Source of the DNA: an uncultured Gemmatimonadales bacterium
Lineage (GTDB): Bacteria; Gemmatimonadota; Gemmatimonadetes; Longimicrobiales; Gaopeijiaceae
Length of the DNA: 64,000 bases
Direction: 5' to 3'
Assembly (NCBI GenBank): GCA_963809895.1
Contig: CAWELD010000003.1
Location: 2,048,001-2,112,000, forward strand
Positions 22,220 through 34,571 of the stretch are shown here, one piece after another (the stretch's first letter is position 1; each line of letters opens with the position of its first letter). Under the pieces are notes generated by a model that had not been told where the DNA came from, ran no database searches, and saw only the letters and a program-made list of their open reading frames with translations. Position numbers and translations under genes: made by a program.

Positions 22220-24095
22220 CCGACTTCGCCGGAAGCTGGATGCCGGCTCCCACCTCGAAGAGCGGGGGGATGGCGGTGGGGGTGCGCCCGGTGAGCGAGA
22301 AGTCCCCGAAGAGCGCCTGGGCCGCGGCCCGCTGGCTCGCCTCCGACCCGCTCCACGCCAGCATGTAGGCCTCGACGTCGGGGAACTCGGTGGCCAGGTA
22401 GGGACTGCCGAAGGAGATGACGATGTAGGGCGTGCCCTGGCGCTCCAGACCCTTGATGAAGTCCGCGGCCTCTTCGGGCAATGCCACCGAGCCGGCGTAC
22501 GACACGGCGGTGACGTAGAGCGACACGACCACGAGGTTCGAGGCCCGCGCCTGACGGAGCAGCCCGTCGTAGACCGGCTTCCGGGTGTCGCGCGTCACCT
22601 CCACCGTGTTCAGTCGGGGGTAGTGGGACCGCAGGCCCGCATTGAAGTAGCGGCCGGCCAGCAGGTCGTTGGTACGCCGGTAGCTCACGGACAGCACACG
22701 GGCCGTGCGGGTGCCCAGGAGCGGCAGCAGGTCGCGCCCGTTGCGCAGCAGCGTCATGGAGCGCCGGGCCACCTCGGCGGCCACCTCCGTGTGCTCCGGG
22801 ATCCCCACGATGCGGGGGATCTCCTCGATGGGCACCGTGCGTCGGCTGGCCAATCCCAGCTCCTGCTTCACCTCCAGGATGTGGCGCACCGACTGGTCGA
22901 TGCGCGCCTCGGGGATGCGGCCCGAGCACACGGCGTCCAGGATACCCCGGATCGCCACTGACACGTCGGGGGGCTGCAGGATGATGTCGGCGCCGGCTTC
23001 CACGGCCAGCGCCGCCGCCTCGTCGCGGTCGTAGCCCCGGTCGATGGCGCCCATGTCCATGGCGTCGGTGACCACCAGGCCGTGAAAGCCGAGCTGCTCC
23101 CGGAGCAGGTCGTGGAGCACCAGCGGAGACAGGGTGGAGGGGTCGCCGTTGCCGCCGTTCAGCGCCGGGACCGTGATGTGCGCGGTCATGATGGCGCCCA
23201 CCCCGGCCTGGATGGCTCTCTCGAAAGGCACCAGCTCCACCGAGTCCAGGCGGGCCCGGGACGAGGTGATGGTGGGGAGCCCCAGATGCGAATCGGTTCC
23301 CGTGTCGCCGTGGCCGGGAAAGTGCTTGGCCGTGGCGATGGCGCCGTGCTCCTGCACCCCCCGTACGAAGGCCGCGCCCAGCGACGCCACCATCTCGGGA
23401 TCCTCGCCGAAGGACCGGGTGTTGATGACCGGATTGTCCGGGTTGGAGTTCACGTCCAGCACCGGCGCGAACGGGATGTGGATGCCCACGGCCCGGGCCT
23501 CCTGGGCGGTGATGCGGCCCATCTCGTAGGCCAGCCCCGCATCGCGCGTGGCTCCCAGGGCCATGAGGCTCGGGAAGTCGGTGGCGCCGCCGAGGGCGAT
23601 GTTGGTGGGAAGGTGCACCGCACCCTTGAGGCGGAAGCCCGCACCGGTCTCCAGATCGGCGCCCACCAGCAGCGGCACCCGCGAGTGCTCCTGGAAGTCG
23701 TTGAGCTTCACCGCCACGTCGGTGGGAGAGCCCACGGAGATGATGACGCCCCCGATGCCGTCCTCCTGGATCATGCGCACGATGCGGTCGTGGCCCGGCG
23801 TTCCCTCGGGCGCGTAATCCCCCAGCACCACCGGCATGATCATCTGGCCGATCTTCTGGCGCAGCGTCAGGGAGTCCAGCGTGCGCTCGACCCAGTCGCG
23901 GGTGTCCGGCACCGAGTCGGGTCGCACCAGCTCGGTGACCGATGGAGGCGCCTGCTGCTCCGGCTGGGGGACCCGGGGCTCCTGGGCGGGCTCGGGCTGT
24001 GACGGCCCCGCCGCCGGAGGCGCCGAGGAGCAGGCGGTGGCGGCCGCCAGCAGGCAGGCCAGGGCCAGGCGGTGTGGACGAAGGTGGCGGAGCAT
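22206..24095 (-). CDS. nagZ: GH3 beta-N-acetylglucosaminidase, predicted lipoprotein
   Basis: KHFPGHGDTGTDSH (NagZ Asp-His signature), RSFGEDP and TDAMDM; lipobox-like ATAC. Start re-called at 24095. Confidence 0.9.
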   Translation of the reverse strand: MLRHLRPHRLALACLLAAATACSSAPPAAGPSQPEPAQEPRVPQPEQQAPPSVTELVRPDSVPDTRDWVERTLDSLTLRQKIGQMIMPVVLGDYAPEGTPGHDRIVRMIQEDGIGGVIISVGSPTDVAVKLNDFQEHSRVPLLVGADLETGAGFRLKGAVHLPTNIALGGATDFPSLMALGATRDAGLAYEMGRITAQEARAVGIHIPFAPVLDVNSNPDNPVINTRSFGEDPEMVASLGAAFVRGVQEHGAIATAKHFPGHGDTGTDSHLGLPTITSSRARLDSVELVPFERAIQAGVGAIMTAHITVPALNGGNGDPSTLSPLVLHDLLREQLGFHGLVVTDAMDMGAIDRGYDRDEAAALAVEAGADIILQPPDVSVAIRGILDAVCSGRIPEARIDQSVRHILEVKQELGLASRRTVPIEEIPRIVGIPEHTEVAAEVARRSMTLLRNGRDLLPLLGTRTARVLSVSYRRTNDLLAGRYFNAGLRSHYPRLNTVEVTRDTRKPVYDGLLRQARASNLVVVSLYVTAVSYAGSVALPEEAADFIKGLERQGTPYIVISFGSPYLATEFPDVEAYMLAWSGSEASQRAAAQALFGDFSLTGRTPTAIPPLFEVGAGIQLPAKSDARR

Positions 24096-24247
24096 CGGGC
24101 CGGAAGGGACCACGGGTGGAAGGACGGGCTCTCGGAGAGCCGCACCGCTCCCCTGCGTTGACGACGTTCGGAGGGGCCCCGATGTTGACGCCTCCCACGT
24201 CCTGACGTCAGGCGGACGGGACCGATCCCCCGGAACCCGGGCAACGT

Positions 24248-25537
24248 ATGGCATTGTCACGAACGCCACAATCCGCTCTCCTGGCCCTGGTGTGGACCGT
24301 TTCGGCCGCCTGCTCGGCCCCGGCAGCCGACGGCCGACCCACCGATGAGTCCGCTGGCACGCTCCGGGCTTCTACGCCGCCCGTACGCGTGGGTGCCCGG
24401 GTCCTGGTGGAGGACTCCCTCGCGCTGGTGCGGGGACGCAGGGTGGGCCTCATCACGAACCAGACGGGGATCGTCGAGACCGACTCGGGCACGGTGAGCA
24501 CCATCGACCTGCTCTACCGCCGGCCCGGGGTCGATCTGGTAGCCCTCTTCGGTCCGGAGCACGGCATCCGGGGCACCGCCGACGAGGGAGAGGCGGTGGA
24601 GGGCGGAACCGACCCGGGCACCGGTCTGCCCATACACTCGCTCTACGGAGGCACCCGGAGCCCCGAGCCCGCGGATCTGCAGGATCTGGACATCCTCCTC
24701 TTCGACATCCAGGACATCGGCACGCGCTACTACACCTACGTGTGGACCATGAGCCTGGCCATGGAGGCGGCGGGCCGGGCGGGCATCCCCTTCGTGGTCC
24801 TGGACCGCCCCGACCCCATCGGCGGCGATCTGGTGCAGGGCAACGTCCTGGATCCGGCGTACGCCACCTTCGTCGGGCTCTACCCGGTGCCCATGCGCCA
24901 CGGCCTCACGCCCGGGGAGCTGGCCCGCATGCTGGTGGGGGAGTTCGGAATCGAGGTGGAGCTCCACGTCATGCCGGCCAGCGGCTGGCGCAGGGACATG
25001 TCGTTCGACGCCACGGGGCTGCCGTGGGTGGCACCGTCGCCCAACATGCCCTCCGTGGAGAGCGCGCTCCACTACCCGGGCACCTGTCTCTTCGAGGGCA
25101 CGGGACTCTCGGTGGGGCGAGGCACCGACCGCGCCTTCCAGCAGATCGGCGCGCCCTGGTTGGACGGCGAAGCGCTGGCCGCCGCCCTGAACGCCAGGGC
25201 GCTCCCCGGCGTACGCTTCGAACCGGTGCGCTTCACGCCCGTCGACCCCAGCGACGGGAAGTTCGGGGGACAGGAGGTGGCCGGGGTGCGCTTCGTCGCC
25301 ACCGACCCCACCACGTACGACCCCACGGTGGCCGCGGTGGCGACGCTGGTGGAGGCGCGCCGACTGGCTGGCGACCGCTGGGAATGGCGTGAGGAGCACT
25401 TCGACCGTCTGGCCGGCACCGACGCCCTCAGGCTGGGGATCGACGCCGGCGACGACGTGGCCGTGCTCACGGCCGGCTGGGCATCGCAGCTCGCGGCGTT
25501 CCGCGAGCTCCGGCGCGCCTATCTGCTCTATCCCTGA
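24248..25537 (+). CDS. namZ: DUF1343 / NamZ-family exo-beta-N-acetylmuramidase
   Basis: GLITNQTG, FGPEHG, FDIQDIGTRYYTY, LDRPDP, RHGLTPGE, PSPNMP and SVGRGT motifs. Confidence 0.9.
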   Translation: MALSRTPQSALLALVWTVSAACSAPAADGRPTDESAGTLRASTPPVRVGARVLVEDSLALVRGRRVGLITNQTGIVETDSGTVSTIDLLYRRPGVDLVALFGPEHGIRGTADEGEAVEGGTDPGTGLPIHSLYGGTRSPEPADLQDLDILLFDIQDIGTRYYTYVWTMSLAMEAAGRAGIPFVVLDRPDPIGGDLVQGNVLDPAYATFVGLYPVPMRHGLTPGELARMLVGEFGIEVELHVMPASGWRRDMSFDATGLPWVAPSPNMPSVESALHYPGTCLFEGTGLSVGRGTDRAFQQIGAPWLDGEALAAALNARALPGVRFEPVRFTPVDPSDGKFGGQEVAGVRFVATDPTTYDPTVAAVATLVEARRLAGDRWEWREEHFDRLAGTDALRLGIDAGDDVAVLTAGWASQLAAFRELRRAYLLYP

Positions 25538-25722
25538 CGACAGCCCATGAGCAGCGCCGCGGCTCACGCGCAAGCGCCCACGACGACTCCCCGGCAGCGC
25601 CACATCCTGGTAGACTTGGATGGGGCCCGGCGCTGCTTAGGGCCCCACCGTGGCCCGCCAGCGGCGAGCCTTTCCGGATCACGGATGGAGGGTAGCCCTC
25701 CGCCCTCCGGGGAGTCGGGACG

Positions 25723-26376
25723 ATGAAGACGTTTGCCGGTCGTAGCGCTACGGCGCTGACGCTCCTCGCGGTCGCGTCGTGCCTGACCGTGGGGAGCCGT
25801 AGCGCCATCCAGGAGATGCACGATCAGTTCAAGGTGACCACCGATCTGCGAGCCGCCGCGCTGACCGGCGACGTGCCCGGTGTGCAGGCCGCGGCGCTGG
25901 AGCTCGCCCGACGGGGGGCCGTCGACGGCATTCCCGCACAGACCCGCCCACGCATCTTCGACCTGCGGCAGCGGGCGGAAGGCCTGGCCGGGGCCACCGA
26001 TCTGCACACCATCACGGTGGAGACAGCCGCCGTCGCCGGGGACTGTGGTGACTGCCACGTCGCCTCCGACGCGAACGTGGGCGCGAGCTTCGTGCTGGGA
26101 GACGTCCCCGAAGCGTCGAGCCGGCGGCGCCACGCGGTGGTCCAGAGCTGGGGCTTCAACCGCCTCTGGGAAGGGGTGGTGGGACCGTCCGATTCGTCCT
26201 GGGCAGCCGGCGTCCGCACCCTGCGCGACCGGAGCGTGGTCCCCGAGGGCCGCACGGAGCTGCCGCCGGCGCTGGATGCCGCGGTTCGGGCGGCGGAGCA
26301 GGCCCGGACGCACAGCGAGCGTACCCAGGCGCTGGGCCAGGTATTGACGGCCTGCGCCGACTGCCACGTGAGGTAG
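25723..26376 (+). CDS. Putative exported di-haem c-type cytochrome
   Basis: Two CxxCH motifs (CGDCH mid-protein, CADCH at the C-terminus); N-terminal signal with lipobox-like VASC. Confidence 0.7.
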   Translation: MKTFAGRSATALTLLAVASCLTVGSRSAIQEMHDQFKVTTDLRAAALTGDVPGVQAAALELARRGAVDGIPAQTRPRIFDLRQRAEGLAGATDLHTITVETAAVAGDCGDCHVASDANVGASFVLGDVPEASSRRRHAVVQSWGFNRLWEGVVGPSDSSWAAGVRTLRDRSVVPEGRTELPPALDAAVRAAEQARTHSERTQALGQVLTACADCHVR

Positions 26377-26378
26377 CC

Positions 26379-27119
26379 GTGCCCCAACCCTCCCCCTTCG
26401 CACCGGCCTTCTTCCAGTTCTTCCGCGAGCTTCGCCGCAACAACCGCAAAGAGTGGTTCGAGGCCAACCGCGACCGCTACGAGGAGGACGTCCTCGAGCC
26501 GAGCAAGGCCTTCGTGCTGGCCTTCCGCCCCCACCTGCGTGACATCAGCGCGCATTTTCGCGCCGAGCCCAGGGTTCGCGGAGGCTCGCTCTTCCGCATC
26601 CACGCCAACCTGCGCTTCCGGCCCGGGGGCGATCCGTACAAGGAGCACGCGGGCATCCAGTTCCGGCACGCCGGGGGCGACGACGTGCACGCCCCGGGCT
26701 TCTACCTGCACCTGGAGCCGACGCGAGACGCAGCCGAGGCGTCGGGCGACGACGAGCCGGCCAGCCTCCGCGGGGGCTGCTTCGTGGGGATGGGTCTCTG
26801 GCATCCCGACCGTGACACGCTCACGGCGATCCGCCAGGCCATCGTCGACGACCCCGACGGTTGGACCTCCGTGGTGCGCGACGACGGGTTCACCGGGACC
26901 TTCGAGTTGGGCGGCGAGAGCCTGGTCCGGGGACCCGTGGGCTTCGACCACGACCATCCCCTGATCGACGACATCAAGCGCAAGGACTTCATCGCCGCAG
27001 CCCCTCTGTCGGAAGACGAGGTCACAGGCCGGGGTTTCGTGGAGTCCTTCGCGGAGCGCTGCCGGGTTGGGGCCCCCTTCGTGCGCTGGCTGTGTGGAGC
27101 GGTCGGGGCGGACTTCTAA
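26379..27119 (+). CDS. DUF2461 family protein
   Basis: FFRELRRNNRKEWFEANR, SLFRIH, PYKEH and PGFYLHLEP motifs. Confidence 0.88.
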   Translation: MPQPSPFAPAFFQFFRELRRNNRKEWFEANRDRYEEDVLEPSKAFVLAFRPHLRDISAHFRAEPRVRGGSLFRIHANLRFRPGGDPYKEHAGIQFRHAGGDDVHAPGFYLHLEPTRDAAEASGDDEPASLRGGCFVGMGLWHPDRDTLTAIRQAIVDDPDGWTSVVRDDGFTGTFELGGESLVRGPVGFDHDHPLIDDIKRKDFIAAAPLSEDEVTGRGFVESFAERCRVGAPFVRWLCGAVGADF

Positions 27120-28222
27120 CCGCCTTCCCCGGCCCGCAGCACGAAGCGCGCGCCCGGCACCGGCAGGTCCCAACGGCTGTCGTCGCCGCCCAGGGCGCGC
27201 CGCAGCCGGGCCACGAAGTCCGGCAGCAGCGTGAACAGCACCGGCTCGGGATCGGTGCTCACCGGCTCGAAGAAGCTCTCCCAGTGCCCCAGGAGCACGT
27301 GCCGGGCCCCGGTGTTCTCCACGATGGCCTCGGGCTGCCAGTCGACCTCGGCGTAGGTGGCGGGCACCACGATGGCCACGTCCACGGGCGCCAGCTCGGG
27401 CGGGATGAAGCCGAAGGGCTCCCGGGCCACCGCGTCCTGGTAGTAGATGCGCGCCCGCACGCCGCCGTCGGGCCCCAGAACGTCCACCAGGTACGCCAGC
27501 GTCTCGCCCTCGAGCCACTCGTCGGCGCCCTCGGGCACCCGAGGCATGGGCCGCCGGCGCACTCCGCTGTAGAGGGTGATCCCCTGGAAGTGCGGGGCGT
27601 GGTCCGAGACCAGCGGGAGCACGCGAACGTCGGGCGCCACCCGCACCCAGTGTCCCATGCGCTCCACGGTGGCGGCCGAGTCGGACACGTCCAGCACCCG
27701 CGTCGTGTCCAGGCCACGCTCGGCGAAGGGCGCCAGGGTGTAGCGGGTGGTGGTGTTGCCCAGGATGACCGCGCGGCGCGCGTGCCGGGTGGCGAGGTAG
27801 GGCACGTCCATGAGGTGGTCGTAGTGGGCGTGGCCCACCAGGATCGCCGACACGTCCGAGAGGTCCGGGACCTTCAGCAGGTCCAGCGCCCGTTCCACGG
27901 CCGCGGTGTCTGTGGCGATGGCACGGAGCCCGGTCCGGAGCAGGCTCGGGTTGGAGAAGAGCGGCGCCGCCAGGATCCGCGATCGTCCCGTGTCCAGGAG
28001 CCATCCCCCGACCCCGAGGTAGGTGAGGGTCACGGAGCCGCCACCGTGGACCGCATCGGGCACGGACACCGTCCCCCGGGCGAAGTCGTCGGGCCCGAGG
28101 CCGTGGATGCACCCGGCCAGGGTCAGGGCGGCGGCAACCGCCAGGATGCGGGCCAGCCGGAAGGGCCCGAGCGCTCCCGCACCCGGGCGTGCGAGGCACC
28201 GGAGCGCCCCGCCCGTGCGCAT
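27116..28222 (-). CDS. Metallo-beta-lactamase-fold hydrolase, predicted lipoprotein
   Basis: TYLGVGGW, GHAHYDHLMD (HxHxDH) and GHWE; lipobox LAGC. Start approximate. Confidence 0.8.
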   Translation of the reverse strand: MRTGGALRCLARPGAGALGPFRLARILAVAAALTLAGCIHGLGPDDFARGTVSVPDAVHGGGSVTLTYLGVGGWLLDTGRSRILAAPLFSNPSLLRTGLRAIATDTAAVERALDLLKVPDLSDVSAILVGHAHYDHLMDVPYLATRHARRAVILGNTTTRYTLAPFAERGLDTTRVLDVSDSAATVERMGHWVRVAPDVRVLPLVSDHAPHFQGITLYSGVRRRPMPRVPEGADEWLEGETLAYLVDVLGPDGGVRARIYYQDAVAREPFGFIPPELAPVDVAIVVPATYAEVDWQPEAIVENTGARHVLLGHWESFFEPVSTDPEPVLFTLLPDFVARLRRALGGDDSRWDLPVPGARFVLRAGEGG

Positions 28223-29100
28223 CAGCCCGAAACGGTCGCGGGAGCCCCGCTGGCGAAGCGCTCCACCCGCTCCAGGAAGGCGTCGAAGAGCCGCTGGCTC
28301 ACCGGGCCCACTCGCCCATCCCCCACCGGGCGCCCATCGATCGTGACGGTCGGCCTGACCTCGGTGGTGGTGCCGGTGAAGAAGGCCTCGTCGGCCCGGG
28401 CCAGCTCCTCCACCTGGATGGGGCGCTCCTCCACCCGGAGCCCCAGTTCCCCAGCCATCTCGAGGAGATAGCCGCGGGTGATCCCGTGCAGGATCACGTT
28501 GCTGGCGGGATGGGTCACCACCGTGTCGCCGAAGACGGCGAAGAAGTTGTTGTGGGCGCCTTCCAGCGCCACGCCGTCCCGCACGAAGAGCGCGTCGTCG
28601 ACGCCGGCGTCCACCGCGGCCTGCTGCGCCAGCACGTTGGGCAGAAGCGCGATGGTCTTGATGTCCACCCGCGCCCAGCGCCGGTCCGGCACCGTGACGG
28701 CGTGGAATCCCTCGTCCCAGCGGACCCGCGGAGGCCGGCGGTACTCGTTGGCGAAGGCGTAGACCGTGGGCGCCACCGGCTCTTTCGGAAACGCGTGCGT
28801 GCGGGGCGCGACGCCCCGGGTGATCTGGACGTAGACGTACGCCACCTCGGACCCCTCCAGGCCGTTCTCGGCCAGGAGCCGTCGGTGGACGGCGTCCAGG
28901 TCCGACAGGTCGGCCGTGAGTCGTAGCGCCGCCAGTCCCCGCTCGAGCCGCGCCCGATGCCGGTCGGCGAGAAAGAAGCGCCCGCGGTAGGCGGGGGTGA
29001 CCTCGTAGACGCCGTCGCCGAAGAGAAAGCCCCGGTCCTCGACCGGGACCAGGGCTTCCTCGCGAGGCAGATAACGGCCGTTCAGGAAGACCGTGCTCAT
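28222..29100 (-). CDS. dat: Class IV aminotransferase, D-amino-acid transaminase-like
   Basis: EDRGFLFGDGVYEV, YVQITRGVAPRTHAFP, DIKTIALLPN and ILHGITR motifs. Confidence 0.88.
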   Translation of the reverse strand: MSTVFLNGRYLPREEALVPVEDRGFLFGDGVYEVTPAYRGRFFLADRHRARLERGLAALRLTADLSDLDAVHRRLLAENGLEGSEVAYVYVQITRGVAPRTHAFPKEPVAPTVYAFANEYRRPPRVRWDEGFHAVTVPDRRWARVDIKTIALLPNVLAQQAAVDAGVDDALFVRDGVALEGAHNNFFAVFGDTVVTHPASNVILHGITRGYLLEMAGELGLRVEERPIQVEELARADEAFFTGTTTEVRPTVTIDGRPVGDGRVGPVSQRLFDAFLERVERFASGAPATVSG

Positions 29101-29996
29101 GCCTGGGTGTTCTTCTCCAGGTCCTTGAATTGCTCCAGGAGCTCCGCCTCGGCGACGCCCTCGTTGCCCGGCGAGGTCTCGCCGTCCTCTTCCACCGCCT
29201 CCACGTCGGCCTCCACGGCGTCGTCGGCCGACTTCGCCTCGGCCGGCGCGCCACCCTCGTCCTCGTCGTCTTCACCGGCGCCGAGCTGCTTGGGCTTCTC
29301 CGCCTTGCCACCGGACAGCAGGCCCATCTGCTGCTTCAGCGCCGCCAGGCGACCTTCGACGTCGGCATCGCCGCCGCCGGACTCGAGACGCATGAACTGG
29401 GTCTCCAGCGTATCGCCGGTGAGCGCCTCGTTGACCTCGGCCGCCGCCAGGTTGCGCCGCTCCGACTCCTCGATCTTCTCGGCCATGCGATTGAAGGCCT
29501 CGAAGGCGGAGGTGTCCGACAGACCGGACATGGTCTCGTGGATGCGCCGCGAAGCCTGGGCACGCTTCTGCTTGGCGATGAGGAGGTTCCGCTTGCGCTT
29601 GGCCTCCTCGATCTTCTCGTTGAGCTGGCGGAGCGAAGCCTTGAGCTTCTCGGTCTCCTGGGCCTGGGCGCGCCAGGTCTGTTCCAGGGCCCCGGCCCGT
29701 TCGGCGTGCTCCTGCTGGCGCACGAGGGCCTGCTTGGCCAGGTCGTCACGACCCTCCTTGACCGCCAGCATGGCCCGGTGCTCCCAATCGCGGGCCTGCT
29801 TGGCCTCGTCGTCGAGCTGCCCGCGCAGCTTGCGCTCGTCGGCGATGGCAGCGGCGACTTCGCGCTTGGCCTTCGCCAACTGATCCCGCATGTCCAGGAT
29901 GATCTGATTCAGCATCTTCTCCGGGTTCTCGGCCCGGCTGATCAGATCGTTGATGTTGGACTTGAGCAGGGTCGACAGCTTCTGGAAGATTCCCAT
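29097..29996 (-). CDS. pspA: PspA/IM30 family protein with an acidic C-terminal extension
   Basis: MGIFQKLSTLLKSNINDLISRAENPEKML, long coiled coil, AFNRMAEKI. Confidence 0.93.
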   Translation of the reverse strand: MGIFQKLSTLLKSNINDLISRAENPEKMLNQIILDMRDQLAKAKREVAAAIADERKLRGQLDDEAKQARDWEHRAMLAVKEGRDDLAKQALVRQQEHAERAGALEQTWRAQAQETEKLKASLRQLNEKIEEAKRKRNLLIAKQKRAQASRRIHETMSGLSDTSAFEAFNRMAEKIEESERRNLAAAEVNEALTGDTLETQFMRLESGGGDADVEGRLAALKQQMGLLSGGKAEKPKQLGAGEDDEDEGGAPAEAKSADDAVEADVEAVEEDGETSPGNEGVAEAELLEQFKDLEKNTQA

Positions 29997-29999
29997 GAA

Positions 30000-30398
30000 T
30001 CAGCCCTCCGCGGGCGCGCCGGCCAGGGACCGGATACGCTCCATGTGACCGGACGCCGCGAGCTGAATGCTCTCCACCGACGCCTGGATCTCCTGGAAGT
30101 CCAGGGTTTCCAGCTCCAGTGTGTCGCTGAGGACGACCTCGCCGTCTTCGAGCCCGTAGGCCCCGTGAACGACGTCGGTGGCATTCAACTCGAGCAGCAT
30201 GCGGTACAGCTCGAGATTCCCCGCGCCCTCCGTGAGGTCCATGACCTTCATGCGCAGCACCAGGAGGGGGGGTGCGTAATTGATGACCAGCGGAAGCCCG
30301 CCGTTGCGGGTCAGCACAAGGAACATCCCCTCTTCCACCTCCTCGTACTCCACATCCATGCGGATGAGGAAGCTTTCGAGATCCTCACGGGTGACCAT
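30000..30398 (-). CDS. CesT/YbjN-like (type III secretion chaperone fold) protein
   Basis: Small acidic protein with LYRMLLELNATDVVHGAYGL...DTLELETLD. Start re-called at 30398. Confidence 0.7.
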   Translation of the reverse strand: MVTREDLESFLIRMDVEYEEVEEGMFLVLTRNGGLPLVINYAPPLLVLRMKVMDLTEGAGNLELYRMLLELNATDVVHGAYGLEDGEVVLSDTLELETLDFQEIQASVESIQLAASGHMERIRSLAGAPAEG

Positions 30399-30615
30399 GA
30401 ACCAGACTCCAGTGACAGGGGGGTGGCCGCCGCCGCGGCACGCGGGGCGCTTCGTGCCCCACTCCGTACGGCCTCCGGCCTGACGGGGTTTCCCTCGGCG
30501 GGATGCAGGCAGGCACCCCGTCCGTGGCCTCGAAAGGTAATACAGCCACGGGGGAAGGCGCGACCGTCTCGACAGGCGGTTTTCGGGATGGTTACGCACG
30601 GGCCTGCGCGTCCCT

Positions 30616-33465
<2,850 letters not shown>

Positions 33466-33643
33466 AGTCCCGAATAGTAGCCGAAGACGTAATGGCGCTC
33501 AACGCAGGGTTGTAGGCGGGGGATTCTCCCCACACCGGGACACGGTCCGGCCCCGACATCCTGGACCGGTGTGCCCCGCGATCTTTCATGTGGGCCGATC
33601 CCGAGAGTTCGACCATCACGCACAGGCCGACGGAGGACACGTC

Positions 33644-34528
33644 ATGTTCCACTCCCTCCTCGTACCCCTCGACGGGACCCGTTTCAGCGAGCATGCGTTG
33701 CCGCTCGCCGAGGGCATCGCGAAAGCCACCGGCGCGTCGGTACACCTGACCCGCGTCCATGTCTCCAACCCACCCGACGGACTGCTCTCCAACACGCAGT
33801 TCCACTACGAGGGCGTGGACATGGGGGAGTACGAGGGGATCCGATTGGACGAGGAGCGCTCGTACGTCAAGGAGATGGTGCAGCGCTTCTCTCGCGAGGC
33901 GCCCGTGCCCGTGGACGGCATCGTTCTGGAGGGCGACATCGCCCACCGCCTGGTCGACCATCTCAAGGTGACCGAGGCGGACGCCGTCATCCTCACCACC
34001 CATGCACGCGAGGGCGTCTCCCGGGCGTGGTTGGGCAGCGTGGCGGAGTCGCTCATCCAGGACACCACGGTGCCCGTGCTCGCGCTGCGCTGGGATCCCG
34101 ACGATCCCCGGCCGGAACCCACCGAAGTCCGGCATATCCTGGTGCCGCTGGACGGTTCCGCTCTGGCCGAATCCATCCTGGACCCGGCCGTCGACCTGGC
34201 GCAGGCCATGGGCGCTCGCATCACGCTCGTCAACGTGGTCCGCTCGGGACTCCGCACCCGTGCCCGCTTCGCGGACGGCGAGCGCTATCTGAGGCGCGCG
34301 GCTCAACGGCTGGAGGACTCGGGGGTCGAGTGCGACATCCTCGTCACCTCGTCCGGCAAGCCGGCCGACGCCATCTGCCGCGTGGCCCGCGAGGTGGAAG
34401 CGGACCTCATCGCCATTGCCACCCACGGACGCGCCGGCGTGAGCCGCGCGCTCCTGGGCAGCGTAGCGCTCAAGGTCCTGCACAACACCCATCTGCCGCT
34501 CCTGGTGCGGAGACCGGCGTTGGCGTGA
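33644..34528 (+). CDS. Universal stress protein with tandem Usp domains
   Basis: LLVPLDGTRFSE / ILVPLDGSALAE repeats and THGRAGVSRALLGSVA. Confidence 0.92.
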   Translation: MFHSLLVPLDGTRFSEHALPLAEGIAKATGASVHLTRVHVSNPPDGLLSNTQFHYEGVDMGEYEGIRLDEERSYVKEMVQRFSREAPVPVDGIVLEGDIAHRLVDHLKVTEADAVILTTHAREGVSRAWLGSVAESLIQDTTVPVLALRWDPDDPRPEPTEVRHILVPLDGSALAESILDPAVDLAQAMGARITLVNVVRSGLRTRARFADGERYLRRAAQRLEDSGVECDILVTSSGKPADAICRVAREVEADLIAIATHGRAGVSRALLGSVALKVLHNTHLPLLVRRPALA

Positions 34529-34571
34529 ACGCTTAGGGTGCCGCGTCGGCGGTCGCGCGACGGGGCCGAGC

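Noticed and set aside
20939..24095. nagZ and the serine hydrolase as one fused gene broken by a frameshift
   Set aside because: The downstream ORF has its own ATG, hydrophobic signal and lipobox-like Cys, so two genes is the simpler reading.
20939..28222. Antibiotic-resistance beta-lactamases (serine hydrolase at 20939-22219, MBL-fold protein at 27116-28222)
   Set aside because: Only fold-level motifs are present; the context points to cell-wall metabolism and there are no mobile-element features.
30399..30615. Sigma-54/PspF-type promoter for the pspA run
   Set aside because: No correctly spaced TGGCAC-N5-TTGC on the minus strand; only short GC-rich inverted repeats.
33466..33643. SOS box upstream of uvrA, or FNR/CRP box upstream of the Usp gene
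   Set aside because: No convincing match to the LexA, FNR or CRP consensus sequences I know.
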